Positions 23,851 through 36,700 of a stretch of 64,000 nt of DNA are shown one piece after another. Below the pieces are notes generated by a model. It was given only the letters and a program-made list of their open reading frames with translations, searched no databases and had not been told where the DNA came from. Each line of letters begins with the position of its first letter. Positions within the stretch are counted from its first letter, which is position 1. The translations under genes and the position numbers were made by a program. Source of the stretch: Macrostomum hystrix (taxonomy: Eukaryota; Animalia; Platyhelminthes); contig CATNEN010000029.1 in assembly GCA_950097015.1 (NCBI GenBank), positions 7,874,001-7,938,000 of the forward strand, in the 5' to 3' direction.

Positions 23851-24279
23851 TTGGCCAGACTGACCATGCCATGTACGGCTTCACTCTGACCCGACCAATA
23901 ACCGGCTGACTCCATCCCTATCGCCCTATAGGGAACAGATTACTCCCTTCAAAGGAGCTACTAAAAAACCACCAGTGTTTCTTAAAAAATGAAGCATGAC
24001 AAATACAAGGCGATGAAAATGAAGTTCAAATACATTTCAGGCTGCTACATGCACTAAAAGTACTGGGTGACAGCTTTGTTTTTTCTTGAGTCTCAACATA
24101 TATTGCGTATACTATAACAACTTCTACTTCACGGATGTAGAAAAGAAGATAAGGACAGAAATGCCCTTAGCCCAGGACCGCCAGTGTCACAACGAGATTG
24201 TAGCCCATTAGTTGGGCCTTCTGGACTTTCTAACCGAGAGTTCAGGAGTTCGAATGTCAGTCTAACGGAAAAAATTATA

Positions 24280-24570
24280 TCTTTGAGCAGGGATGGGTAT
24301 GGGTAGCTGCCTCTCGCATCAAGGTCCCTAAGTTCGATTCCGCGGCGAGGCCACATTTATTTATGGGGCGCAGCCGCGGAGAGAAGGCTTGGGGGATTGT
24401 CGTGCAATTTACGCCCTTGAGGGCCGACCTCCAATGCACAGTGAAGTGTGCACTGCTTGACGTTGAAAAGTCAGAGCGGATGTACACACCCCTGTGTGAG
24501 TGTGTGCCTGCGTACGGTATCTGTGTGCGTGTGTGCTCAGGAGTCAGGAGAAATGGGCAGAATTGCCTCT
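24280..24570 (+). mobile_element. SINE family A copy whose 3' end runs directly into the 16-bp satellite
   Basis: B box aagttcgattccgcggcgaggcc, with the body continuing to gggcagaattgcc; the normal 3' terminus is replaced by the array. Confidence 0.85.
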
Positions 24571-24579
24571 CTCGACAGG

Positions 24580-26715
24580 CTCTCGAAGCTACAGTCTCTC
24601 AAAGCTACAGTCTCTCAAAGCTACAGTCTCTCAAAGCTACAGTCCTCTCAAAGCTACAGTCTCTCAAAGCTACAGTCTCTCAAAGCTACAGTCCTCTCAA
24701 AGCTACAGTCTCTCAAAGCTACAGTCCCTCAAAGCTACAGTCTCTCAAAGCTACAGTCCCTCAAAGCTACAGTCTCCTCAAAGCTACAGTCTCTCAAAGC
24801 TACAGTCTCTCAAAGCTACAGTCCTCTCAAAGCTACAGTCTCTCAAAGCTACAGTCTCTCAAAGCTACAGTCCCTCAAAGCTACAGTCCCTCAAAGCTAC
24901 AGTCTCTCAAAGCTATGCTGTCTCTCAAAGCTACAGTCTCTCAAAGCTACAGTCTCTCAAAGCTACAGTCCCTCAAAGCTACAGTCTCTCAAAGCTACAG
25001 TCTCTCAAAGCTACAGTCCCTCAAAGCTACAGTCCCTCAAAGCTACAGTCCCTCAAAGCTACAGTCTCTCAAAGCTACAGTCTCTCAAAGCTACAGTCTC
25101 TCAAAGCTGCTGTCTCTCAAAGCTGCAGTCAGTCTCTCAAAGCTACAGTCTCCTCAAAGCTACAGTCTCTCAAAGCTACAGTCCCTCAAAGCTACAGTCC
25201 TCAAAGCTACAGTCCTCTCAAAGCTACAGTCTCTCAAAGCTACAGTCTCTCAAAGCTACAGTCTCTCAAAGCTACAGTCTCTCAAGCTACAGTCCTCTCA
25301 AAGCTACAGTCTCTCAAAGCTACAGTCTCTCAAAGCTACAGTCTCTCAAAGCTACAGTCCCTCAAAGCTACAGTCCCTCAAAGCTACAGTCCCTCAAAGC
25401 TACAGTCTCTCAAAGCTACAGTCTCTCAAAGCTACAGTCTCTCAAAGCTAGCAGTCTCTCAAAGCTACAGTCTCTCAAAGCTACAGTCCTCTCAAAGCTA
25501 CAGTCTCTCAAGCTACAGTCTCTCAAAGCTACAGTCCCTCAAAGCTACAGTCCCTCAAAGCTACAGTCTCTCAAAGCTACAGTCTCTCAAAGCTACAGTC
25601 CTCTCAAAGCTACAGTCTCTCAAAGCTACAGTCTCTCAAAGCTACAGTCTCTCAAAGCTACAGTCTCTCAAAGCTACAGTCTCTCAAAGCTACAGTCTCT
25701 CAAAGCTACAGTCTCTCAAAGCTACAGTCTCTCAAAGCTACAGTCCCTCAAAGCTACAGTCTCTCAAAGCTACAGTCTCTCAAAGCTACAGTCTCTCAAA
25801 GCTACAGTCTCTCAAAGCTACAGTCTCTCAAAGCTACAGTCTCTCAAAGCTACAGTCTCTCAAAGCTACAGTCTCTCAAAGCTACAGTCTCTCAAAGCTA
25901 CAGTCTCTCAAAGCTACAGTCTCTCAAAGCTACAGTCTCTCAAAGCTACAGTCTCTCAAAGCTACAGTCTCTCAAAGCTACAGTCCCTCAAAGCTACAGT
26001 CCCTCAAAGCTACAGTCTCTCAAAGCTACAGTCTCTCAAAGCTACAGTCTCTCAAAGCTACAGTCTCTCAAAGCTACAGTCTCTCAAAGCTACAGTCTCT
26101 CAAAGCTACAGTCTCTCAAAGCTACCGTCTCTCAAAGCTACAGTCTCTCAAAGCTACAGTCTCTCAAAGCTACAGTCTCTCAAAGCTACAGTCTCTCAAA
26201 GCTACAGTCTCTCAAAGCTACAGTCTCTCAAAGCTACAGTCCCTCAAAGCTACAGTCTCTCAAAGCTACAGTCTCTCAAAGCTACAGTCTCTCAAAGCTA
26301 CAGTCTCTCAAAGCTACAGTCTCTCAAAGCTACAGTCTCTCAAAGCTACAGTCCCTCAAAGCTACAGTCTCTCAAAGCTACAGTCTCTCAAAGCTACAGT
26401 CTCTCAAAGCTACAGTCTCTCAAAGCTACAGTCTCTCAAAGCTACAGTCTCTCAAAGCTACAGTCCCTCAAAGCTACAGTCTCTCAAAGCTACAGTCCCT
26501 CAAAGCTACAGTCCCTCAAAGCTACAGACTCTCAAAGCTACAGTCTCTCAAAGCTACAGTCTCTCAAAGCTACAGTCTCTCGAAGCTACAGTCTCTCAAA
26601 GCTACAGTCTCTCAAAGCTACAGTCACTCAAAGCTACAGTCTCTCGAAGCTACAGTCTCTCAAAGCTACAGTCTCTCAAAGCTACAGTCACTCAAAGCTA
26701 CTGTCTCTCAAAGCA
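24580..26715. repeat. 16-bp minisatellite CTCAAAGCTACAGTCT, about 130 copies
   Basis: Continuous array that is stop-free in all three plus frames (artefactual SQSYSLSKLQSLKATV ORFs). Confidence 0.98.
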
Positions 26716-27776
26716 GCTGTTTCTGAAGGGCGACAAATTTAAAAGGCAGTTATTTATACAAAATTTTTTAGATTAATTGCTTGCTAGAGTTATTCGCAAT
26801 TACAGTGTTGTTTATTTAATAGAAGCTTTTATTTCACTCGAATGTCCAATAGATAAAGTTGCGCTGTTTACAGTAAAAAATCAGACAAGTTTCTACGAGC
26901 AGTTAAAAGTTTGGAATCGGAAGAGCAATGCACGAAACATTAATGAAAACTTTTAAAGCTTTCTTTCCTCTGAAAGCCGAGTTCGTTTCATGAGTTCGAT
27001 TTTGTCCCATTTTTTTGGAAACAGAATAGTCGGTTGTGTGTTTAAGTCGAACTCGCCAAACTGAACCATAAAAAAATTCCTGAGTCGCAAGCAAACAATT
27101 TAATACCCCGAAATCTAACTCTCATTTATAAGAAATCAGCGCCGTTTACAACAGACGCATTAAGTAAGTGCGTAAAAGCTTGTCTACACTACTGCGAGTA
27201 GAAATATAAGTCAATATCAATTAAAAGCGATACAAAAATAGGTTGTAACATACAGGAGCCAGTTAATTGACAAAAAAATCCAGTTCAGTGTAATATCCGC
27301 CATCAGCACATGCAGCCAAAAGTACACAAAGAACCGATTAGCAGAGGTTCAAAGAAAACTTTCTAGAATAATTCATCACATTTAAATACTCGGACAGATA
27401 GTTAGGCTTGTTGCAACAAGCGGACTTGCCGGTCGGCAGACCAGCTGGTAGCTGAGGCGAGGTGTATCATTGAGTTTCTAACTGTTTATATCTGTAGAAA
27501 AAAACAAAGGTGTATAAGAACTTGTTTTTTGCAAAAAAGCGCTACTCAAACCAGGTAACTGGTTTGCCCTTGAAAAAGTTAAAGTCAATAAGAAAATTTC
27601 CAAACTTTTTACTTATAATTTAAAAAACAAACTATCTCAGGAACAATATCCAGTCCTTGAAAGTGGGAAAAAATTTACGTCATAAAAATATGCTTGTATG
27701 TAACTTAAAAAATCAAATCACTATAAACTAGAGGTTCGACTAGAGACGAGCAAATAGTTGGATGAGCGTTCAAGCC

Positions 27777-30700
27777 TCACACCTGCAGCAGGAGGGCGAC
27801 TCCGGCCAGAATCCAGCGCGATGGCTGGTCCTTGGTCTTCAGGTTGAAGGTCCACACAAAGGTGGGGCCGCGGGCCTTGGTCTTGTACACCGGGCAGGCA
27901 TAAGTGCCACGAAGCTCCAGTCGGTCGGTGGGCACCGCTCGGACGAATACAACCGGCAGCTCTGGCGCGATCTGCATCAGGGCCGCCTCGCGCACGCCGT
28001 GTCCAGCGTCCCACTGGGCGCCCTCCATAAACATGCCGTGCACGTAGGCGCCTTCGCGCGGAGCTCCGCCAACGTCGTCTCGGGTGCGCTTCGTGACGTC
28101 AACCTGTATGGCCATCTTGTCCAGCGGCCATTCGTTCTTGCGCGCCATCTGCTGCATGACGGCGGTGAGGAAGGACTGCGGATTAAACAGGCCGCCAAGC
28201 CAGACGCTCGGCGGCAGCTGGAAGTCGGAGGCCCAGATGTCGAGCTCGCGAACCCTCTGCTGGAGGTCTCCGAACCAGACGCCAAGCGGTTGCAGCGATG
28301 GATAGGCCTTTGCTGCCCAGGTGTCCGGCACCTGGTCCAGGAACAGCGCGCCGCCAAGGGCCTCCATCTGAGCTGTGATGGTCAGCTCACCCTTGAGTCC
28401 GAGCTCCAACGAGCGCAGGCTCGTGCGCATCTCGGACAGCAGAATGTTCATGCGTTCGCACTCCTGTAGAGCGACCACTGTGAATGGGGTCCGCTCCTCC
28501 GGCGCGATTTTGCCCAGCAGCTCAGGCATGAGGAAGGGCTCGGGCATTCGCTCAACTAGGTCTTCAAGGACGCTGCGAATCTTTTCATCGCGCGAGCTGG
28601 CCCCGGCACCGGCGGTGCCGGCGTCTCGCGGCTGCATCTCGAAGACGGTGCGAAACAGGTTGGCGGCAGTCTTGGTCAGGAACTCGACCTCGGCGTTCGG
28701 GTGTAGGCCATAAAGGTAAGGTGTCTCGGCGGGTAGTTTGTCATCAATGTAGGCCAGGTAGCCCTGGTAGTCTGACACTGGAGCTACCTGGAAGCCAGGT
28801 GCGAGCTCCATTTCACCTTCCACCTGTGAGCAGAGGAAACCAGTGGGAAAAAATTGTGTAATTTCACGATTTAGTCAAGATATTTTATCACACAAAACGG
28901 GAGTTTAGTTACAATTAGCGAGCTTAATAATCACTCTGAACAATGAGACGTCTTGAGCTTACCAAAGCCGGCTGCATGTAAGTCTCTAGATAGCTTCTAC
29001 ACAGCCGTCTGTCCCAATCGTCGGTGATGTGCCCACCGTACATAATTTCTCCGAATAAGTAGCGCAGATCTTCCCAGGGCACAGAAGCATTGGCTTCCAG
29101 GTAATTGTATAGAACGTCCACCGAGATGGTGAGATCGCCGTTGTTGAACGGGTAACTGCGGTTCCAGCCGATGGAGCCAAACTTTCGCCGCTCAGAGATG
29201 ACAGCGTGGAAGTAGCACAGCGAGAAAAGGATCGCATTGAATTCGACCTGCTTGCTGCACCGGTCCAGAGTGTCCTAGGAATGTTTCGTTAAAAAATCGT
29301 ATGAGAAATGTGCAAATACATGGAGCTCGAGGCAAATCTTATTGCATGGCATTCAGACTACCTTTAATCAAAATATCAGCTTACCTGATCGAACAATGCG
29401 AATGCCTTGTGAAGGTTTGCGTGCATTCCAGTTGGCGGCTCATTGGTGATCTTAATTGACGTCTCAAGGATGCCTTGAGGAATAATGTGGGATTCAGGCG
29501 TCGGCGACGGCTCCGCTGAGATGAAGACTCGGAACTCGACGTTCACTTCCGGATCCGGAAGCATACGCCTCAAGAATTTTGTCTAGAGTTGGCAGCCAGT
29601 TTTTCACTAGATGCACATTCTGCAGCACCACCCAGTGGCCCTGCCTGCTAGCCAGTTCCAGTGCGCGCTCAGCAACGACCTCTTGGCCCTGACCCAGCGA
29701 GATGTTGTGAAAGCGACCGTTGCCCTCTGTAAACTGTTTCTTGCGACCAAGGTTTTCAACCTCCTTCAGTGGGTCCACTCCTGGTGACAAGATGAAGAAG
29801 ATTGGCGTGGACGATGTCGACTCTTCAAACGACTTGGGGAAGTCGATAGGTCGGCCTTCAACATAGCGCGAGCCCATGCGGGTGGAGATGAAGTCCATCA
29901 TGGCGTAGGTCATGCGATCTGGTCGCAGGGCGCGCATGATGCACAGTTTCTGCAGAGCACTCTTGTTCTTCCACTCTTGCGGCAGCTTCTCGCGCTCGGG
30001 ACACTCGCTGGTGACAAAGGCCTTCCAGCGCTTTGCCGAGCCAATGATGTCGTTATCAAGGTTTTTGAATTCACCAGACTCTTGCATAGCCAGCGCCTTC
30101 ACACCGCCCCAGCCAGTACCGGTGATGAAGTCGACGGGCGACGAGAGACCAGTCATGATGGGGAAGCGCAGCAGGAAGTCTAGTTCCTGAGGGTCTATCT
30201 CGCTACCAAGCAGCATCACCTGAAGCGTCATCTGCGTCGTGAAGATTAGCTTGTCTCGCTCGAAAAAGACCTCGAGTTGTGTAAATCGTGACCAGGAATG
30301 TAATGCTCTCAAGCAGAATGCGGACGCGCTCCTCTTCGTCTTCAGTTTCTTCAGCTCGATCAATTGCATTATTAAATACAGTCTCAAACGCCTTCAATGA
30401 GAACTGGTACATCGGGTTGATCATCCAGAGGTCGTTCATGACAAAGAAAAGCATCGAAGCGCGAGCAGCGCATGGACGAAACTTCTCTCTTGCATTATTA
30501 ATATCAACCTCGGTTGCCTTCGAGATTTGTACTTTAGATTCGATCTCCAGGGCGGTGCGCTTATTGTTTTCAAGGTTCTCCACCAGTTCTACATCCCCAA
30601 GGAAGTTTTGCTGTGCAGCCGATAGTTTCGCTAGCAGCGCATCCTCAAGTCGCTTAAGTTCAATTTTAAACTCATTCTGATTGCGTGTCAGGTCCGATTT

Positions 30701-33700
30701 GAGCTCTTCGAGTTCCGGTTTCTCCTTGCGAACCACTGAGGCGAGCAACTGGTCTTCCAAGCCAATCCGGGTTACCGTAAAGTTGATGAGGGTGGTCTGC
30801 GCCTGGATCTCTGGCTTGAAGTGTGGGTTAGCCAGCTTAGTATGCAAAATTAGCCGGAAATTTTGATGATAGTCTATTTCTTTGTCACCGATTCGGATGG
30901 CACGACCGCGTTTGATAGTGTTGCGCCCGAGAAGTGGGTCCAGGACAGGGTCTATTTGTTCGCCAAGGTTTTCAATGAGAACTACCTCACCAGCACTTAT
31001 AGCTGACTCCACCGCGTCTAAATATTTTTTCTGGCCGATTCGTACGGCCCTTAGCTGAGAACCGTAGCGACGTTTTATCCACTGAACGCCTTGCAGCTGC
31101 GGGTCAACCATCAGCGGCCATCGCTCGCAAGTAGTCAAGACTGCGGCATTTTCGATCGACATCTGATCGCTTGGCAAGCCTTCATTGTTCCAGGTTGCCA
31201 CTTGGGCATCGTCTACAAGCAGCTTGATCGGGTCGAGACCTTCCGAGATTCGGATGGAGGTCCTTAGACTAGAAAGAAATGGAAGCCAGCGTTTTGACAG
31301 CAACTCAATGCGATAGTTCTTTGTGAAGTAGCCAACATAAGACACGTAAGCTGCGGTCACCAGGACGTCACCAGCAAGTGTCTCCTTGGTGCCGGTTAGG
31401 CGCTTAACTTCGCGGCCCCATCGCTCGTTTTCGCTGGCTAAACCATGGACAAGACGGTCAGCCAGTTCGATGGTTCTGGCAGTGGTCTCTGCCTCCTCTT
31501 GAACCTTACGCTTTTCCTCTTTGGCTCGGTCCAGTTCCTGATTCAGCGCATTCAAACTGGCTTGCAACTTGCCAACTTTTTGCTTAATGTTGTTTAAATT
31601 GTTGGTCAGCAGCTGCAGTTCCTTGCTGGCAGCTTCTAGAGCGTCTCTCTTTGGTTTGACTTCGCAGTAAACTTGATAGTACTTTATTATATTGATAACC
31701 CAAGCACACAGACCAGCAGCTGCAATGGACTTAGATTTCACTTGTTCTGGTTCGAAGCCCGGTTTATTAGTGTATTCCTTGACTGCTTTCAGACAGTTTT
31801 CGTGTATATTGTCCTTGTCATATGTGATGAGGCTCTCGAGGAACTGGTCAACTCTACCCATCATTACCTTGGCCGCCTTCCAACTACGATCGCGCGGTAT
31901 CTTTCCACTTTTAGCCATCAGGACCAGTACGGCGGCCGCTATACTAACGACAATCGGCGGCGGCGAAGTGAAAGACTTTAACTCCGTTAGGTTGTCGCGG
32001 TTCAGCGTGTTCAGCGCTGCTTCTGCCGCCTCAAGTGCGGGCAGGGCGCGCGACAGATCCTTTTGACAATCGTCCGTTTTAATTTTCACCTCAGCCTGTT
32101 TCTTTGATACCTTGTCCTCTTCTGCATCCGCCACAGCCTTTTCGTCTGCAACTCGCGCTGCGTCCTGATTCACCCTGGCTAGGATTTCATTGGCAGTCTG
32201 CTCCCTGGCAGCAACTTCAACCTCTTGCTCGGCAAGCTTTGTCTTGAGGTCGTCAACTTGCTCAGCAGTGGACTCTAGCTTTTTCAATCCGCTATCTAGA
32301 CGTGAGATAGCAGTTTCCAACTCGGAATCCTTTTTGTTAAGCAGGTTGCGATACAGCTGAATCTGTTCAAGGAATGACTTTGGAGTCGTGTAGTTGTATC
32401 GCTTCTCATTCAATCGGTACTGCTCGCTAGTCTCATTCACGGACTGGTGTGCGTAGGCCATAAACTCGGCCGTAGACTGTACCGTCTCTGGCGATAGCTG
32501 AGGCACTTCCGCCAGGAATCGCCTGGAAACAGAAACTAGCGCCTGCTGAGGCCATTCATGAAACCAGTCAATCGCTGTGTTATTGATCAGGGCAGGGAAC
32601 TTCCGACCTCGAATTCGCAGAGCGCTGCCAACAGGTGAAAAGCACAAAACAACCTTCAGTTTAAGCCGCACCTGGTCTATAAAAAAGCGCCAACAGTTTT
32701 CCTTGGTGTCCTGTAAGTTCATGCCTCGGACCTCGCCCTTGACGGCATTGCAAATCGACTCCAATTCGTCGTCGGCAAATAGGTCTGGAACTTCGCCAGA
32801 AGCAAGCATGTCGTTAACCAGAACCAGGAACTTCTCCTCGGCTATCTGTCCATCAGTGAGCAAGAACATTGTACGGATGCCCTTCTGGCCTGCCCGGACG
32901 TACAGCTGTGCGAGGTCGGCCCTCAGGTCAGCTATGCCGTAGCCCTTGCGCAGAGAGATCTGGAACACCTCCAGCGAAGTAAGGAAAGCTGCCAGGCGGG
33001 ATAGCGACTGCTTGCCAGAGCCACCGACGCCCACCAGGAGGGCGTTGCCTCTAGGCGACTCCAGAATTCGGCTGATGCGAAGGATGTGCGAGATGGCGTC
33101 CTCGAACAGCACTAGATTCATTGCTGCATTGATCTCATTGTACGAGTCCAGTGCTTCCGTCAGCACGTGCTCAATACTTGCGAGCGACTCCACGGCCTGA
33201 TATTTATCATCGCCCATGTGCTTAGCGAAGTGGCAAAATAGAAGAGGTCGACGGAATGCGGCCTCTTCTGACCCGGTGATGTAGTCGCTCAGCATCTTCT
33301 TCGCGACATCCTTGCTGATGCTCTGAAAATGTTTTGTCGATATAGCAACTACTGCTGGCAAAAAGTGTCATTGAACAAATCAAATATTACATTATACCTA
33401 CAAGTGGTGAACCATATGAATTACTTGCGTATTGCTAAAGAGAAAAGTTCTCCATTAATGCTTCTCATCGGTCCCTTTAATTGCTATCTGAATACTAAAT
33501 CCAACTCGATTTAGAACGAAAACAAATTTGCTTTCAGTGGTTTCTTGGCGCCTACCTGGTACTTAGCAATGTCTTCTGAGTCCACAAGCTTGTCACAATA
33601 GACCCTCTCGCACTCGTGCAACCACAATCGGATGAGGTCCATGCGGCCATGCAGGCAGTCCGGTTCGGCAAATAGCATGCCCTGGAACACAGCTGACAGG

Positions 33701-36700
33701 TCGCGCAGGTTGAATAGATAGTGAAACTTTACCGCGGTAGGCAGGAAATTCTGCAGCATTCGCTGATGCAGGCCAAGCGTAGCGTGAACGACGTCCTTGA
33801 CGGTCTGGAGACGTCTCACATCAGCCGGGAAGGTATCGCCAAGGTGCTGCGACAGAATGCTGGTGTAAATGGTCTCCAGTGCTTCGTGGCCTGGCAGCGA
33901 CATCGCCAAGACGGCGAAGTGACGTTGGAGGCGAGGATTTATGCTGAAGCTGCCAGCAGTAGGGTTCATGCAGGCCACATACTGCGTGTTGTGCACCTCC
34001 TTGAGCGAGATCTTCTGCCTGTCATACCAGTGCCCATAGTCCATGTGCTGCCTAATGAGGGCGTGAGGCTGCACAGTGAAGTACTTGTCCACTTCCGGCA
34101 TGTTCATGTCGTCGACAAAGTAGATCAGGCGACGGGTGCCCGGAGGCCCGAAATTCTTTCCCGATTTTTTCTCCAGCGGCTTCTCCAGCACTCGCTGCAG
34201 CATTTCCGAAGTGGTGTAGAAGTTGAAGGGCACGTTCGCAACCATGAAGTTGTCAGATGTCTCTACAAGTTCGCGCAGCTTCTCTTGCATTAGCACGGAC
34301 TTTCCAGTTCCAGCATTTCCGACTAGCATAACCGGGTAGCGCTTGGCGAGCAGCAGATCCAGCAGATACTTGATCCGCACCGTCTCTGCTGTGTGCACCA
34401 GAGTTGACTGCAGTGGTACGTCCGGGTCCAGCTCGAATTTAGGCACCCGCTTCGACCAAGGCTCAAAGCGCTTAGTTTCAAAGTCTAGGTAGACATCGAA
34501 TACGCCGTAGTCTTTTGCTACCTTTGGCATCTTGAATTCGTGAAGAAACCACTTGCTGAATTCGACTCGGTGATCGACCAGCTGCAATTTATTTTCAACA
34601 TTGTATTTTAAAACTAGCTGAAGTAAACGAATGTTGTACTGCCCACATTAAAAGTTCGGGCATGAAGCTGCCACTGATTTTGCCAGTAACTCAATCTAAT
34701 GTATGCAAAGTTCTTTGCATAATTCTGTACTTGTAATTTTAGCCCATGTATTCAAACTGATTAGCCCTGAATTGGAACCGAATAGCACACTTTACAACTA
34801 ACTTTAAATTTCAATTGCAAACTTATGTTAATCTGTGAAACCAATATTTGTATTTTGCGCATCACCTGATCCTGGAAAGTGCAGCCGCCAAAGGCCCAGA
34901 TACAAGCAAAGCAGAACAGCGGCTCCATCGCGTCCTTGGTTGCGTCGGCAGTGACACCATTCTCCGGCGTCATGATGCTCTCCAGCAGGCAGCAAAGCAT
35001 CTGCACGTGCGAAATCTCTGGTATTGGCGTCACCTTCTTGAACTTTGATTTAAGCACATCCAGGCAAGGCGGCACGTACTTGTCGAAAAGTACAGTCAGG
35101 TTGGCCTGCTCGGTCTGGCCGCCACGAGCGTTAATCCAAGAGGTCACAAATGGAAGCCAGCCGAGGTCCTGTTGAATCAAGGCACTGTTTCTTTTAAGAG
35201 GCTCTTTCCAAGAGATTGTAGCCTAGTGGTTAGGGCGTCGGACTCACGACTTGAAGGTCGGGGGTTCGATTCCCTGACTCCACTGAACAATTTGTGTCCT
35301 TTAGCAAGACACTTAACTCTGCATTGCTTCAGTTCACCCAGCTGTTAAATGGGTACCAGCATCAGCTGGGATAATTGAAGGTGGGTGTGTCGTCCAGTCC
35401 ATGGACTGAACAGCTGTACGCAGCCTTCAGATGCGCCGCGCATTAGCTGCGGCTGTGCTGTCGGCTGCACATCTGACCCAATTGGGGCAGGTGTAATAAG
35501 TTATTATTATGATTATCAATTCTTTTAGCTTTGAGTTTACTAAACAGTAGTAAGACCTCGATATTTTTCCGAAGGGGGAAAGACCACGGGGTATTTCAAA
35601 TACCAACTGCCTTAATTCACGATCGCTCCTAAACCGAATGACCGATTTTCAGAAAGTCCGTTTACAATGATAGAAATTTTCCGCCCTTTACGATGAACGC
35701 CTTACAAAGTTAATTGGTGACAGGCCAACTAATATTGCTCTGTATAAACCTCTATGCAAAATCCATGTTGGTTTAATAAAAAAATTACCAACATAATTCA
35801 TTAAATATAATCAACAATAGCCGAGATGGTTACATGATGAAATTTTTTGAGCCGAGAAATAATGCCTATATTGGTGGTTTTTGTCACTAGACACCCCGAT
35901 GAGAATCGTTGAGCATCTCGACGGTGCCGATGTTTTGTGATTCTGGAAGTTTTTTTCATCGGATAGAAGGGAAAGATTTTAGCCCCGTGTTCTAGATTTT
36001 CATTGCGAATATTTTAGGAGAAACAGAAAAAAAGAAAAAATCTGGGTATTTGAAATATCCCCTTCCAGTAACTTAGTTTTCAATCTGCTATTATTCAGGA
36101 CAGCACTCACCCCAGGGTTAATGTAAAGAATGCCGGCGCGAGATACTGTGGCCGGAGTAGCAGTTCTCAAATGGCTGATCTCGAACAGCAGTCGCATTGA
36201 CGGGGTGAGCGGAATGCGCTCGTTTGATGCCAGTGTCAGCACCTTATTGTCGTCCATGACTGTATTGAGCGATTCGATCCACATCGGATCGATGTCACCG
36301 TCCAGTACAATCCATTTGGGCCCGTCGTGGGTCACGTTGGCCAAATCGCGCATCACAACGGAGAAGATGCCGTCACGCCACTCCCTGGTGGCCGGGTTTA
36401 TAACGCCGAACAGTTCATCATTAGTCACAGCCTTGGGATTTAGATCCAAGGCCATTGGCTTTCGTTTCTGGTTCTGATAAGTCCTATTTAGCGTCTTCCA
36501 CACCTCGCTCTTGCCAGTGCCGGCAAAGCCGTTAATGAAGACCGAGTGGCGTACAGCGAACAGTTCCTGCAGCTGGACCACCTTTAGTATGAAGTTGTCC
36601 TCCGGCTGCAGGCCCAGGTCCAGAGCGGCCTGGCGCACCTGCTTCTCAAAGTCCAGGTCCCGCTTGCGCGGCACATCCAGCGCAGGGAACAGGTCGCGGA

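Noticed and set aside
24363-26776. Three 362-764 aa ORFs (SQSYSLSKLQSLKATV repeats)
   Set aside because: These come from a 16-bp satellite open in all frames, with frame-breaking unit indels and a SINE-derived start.
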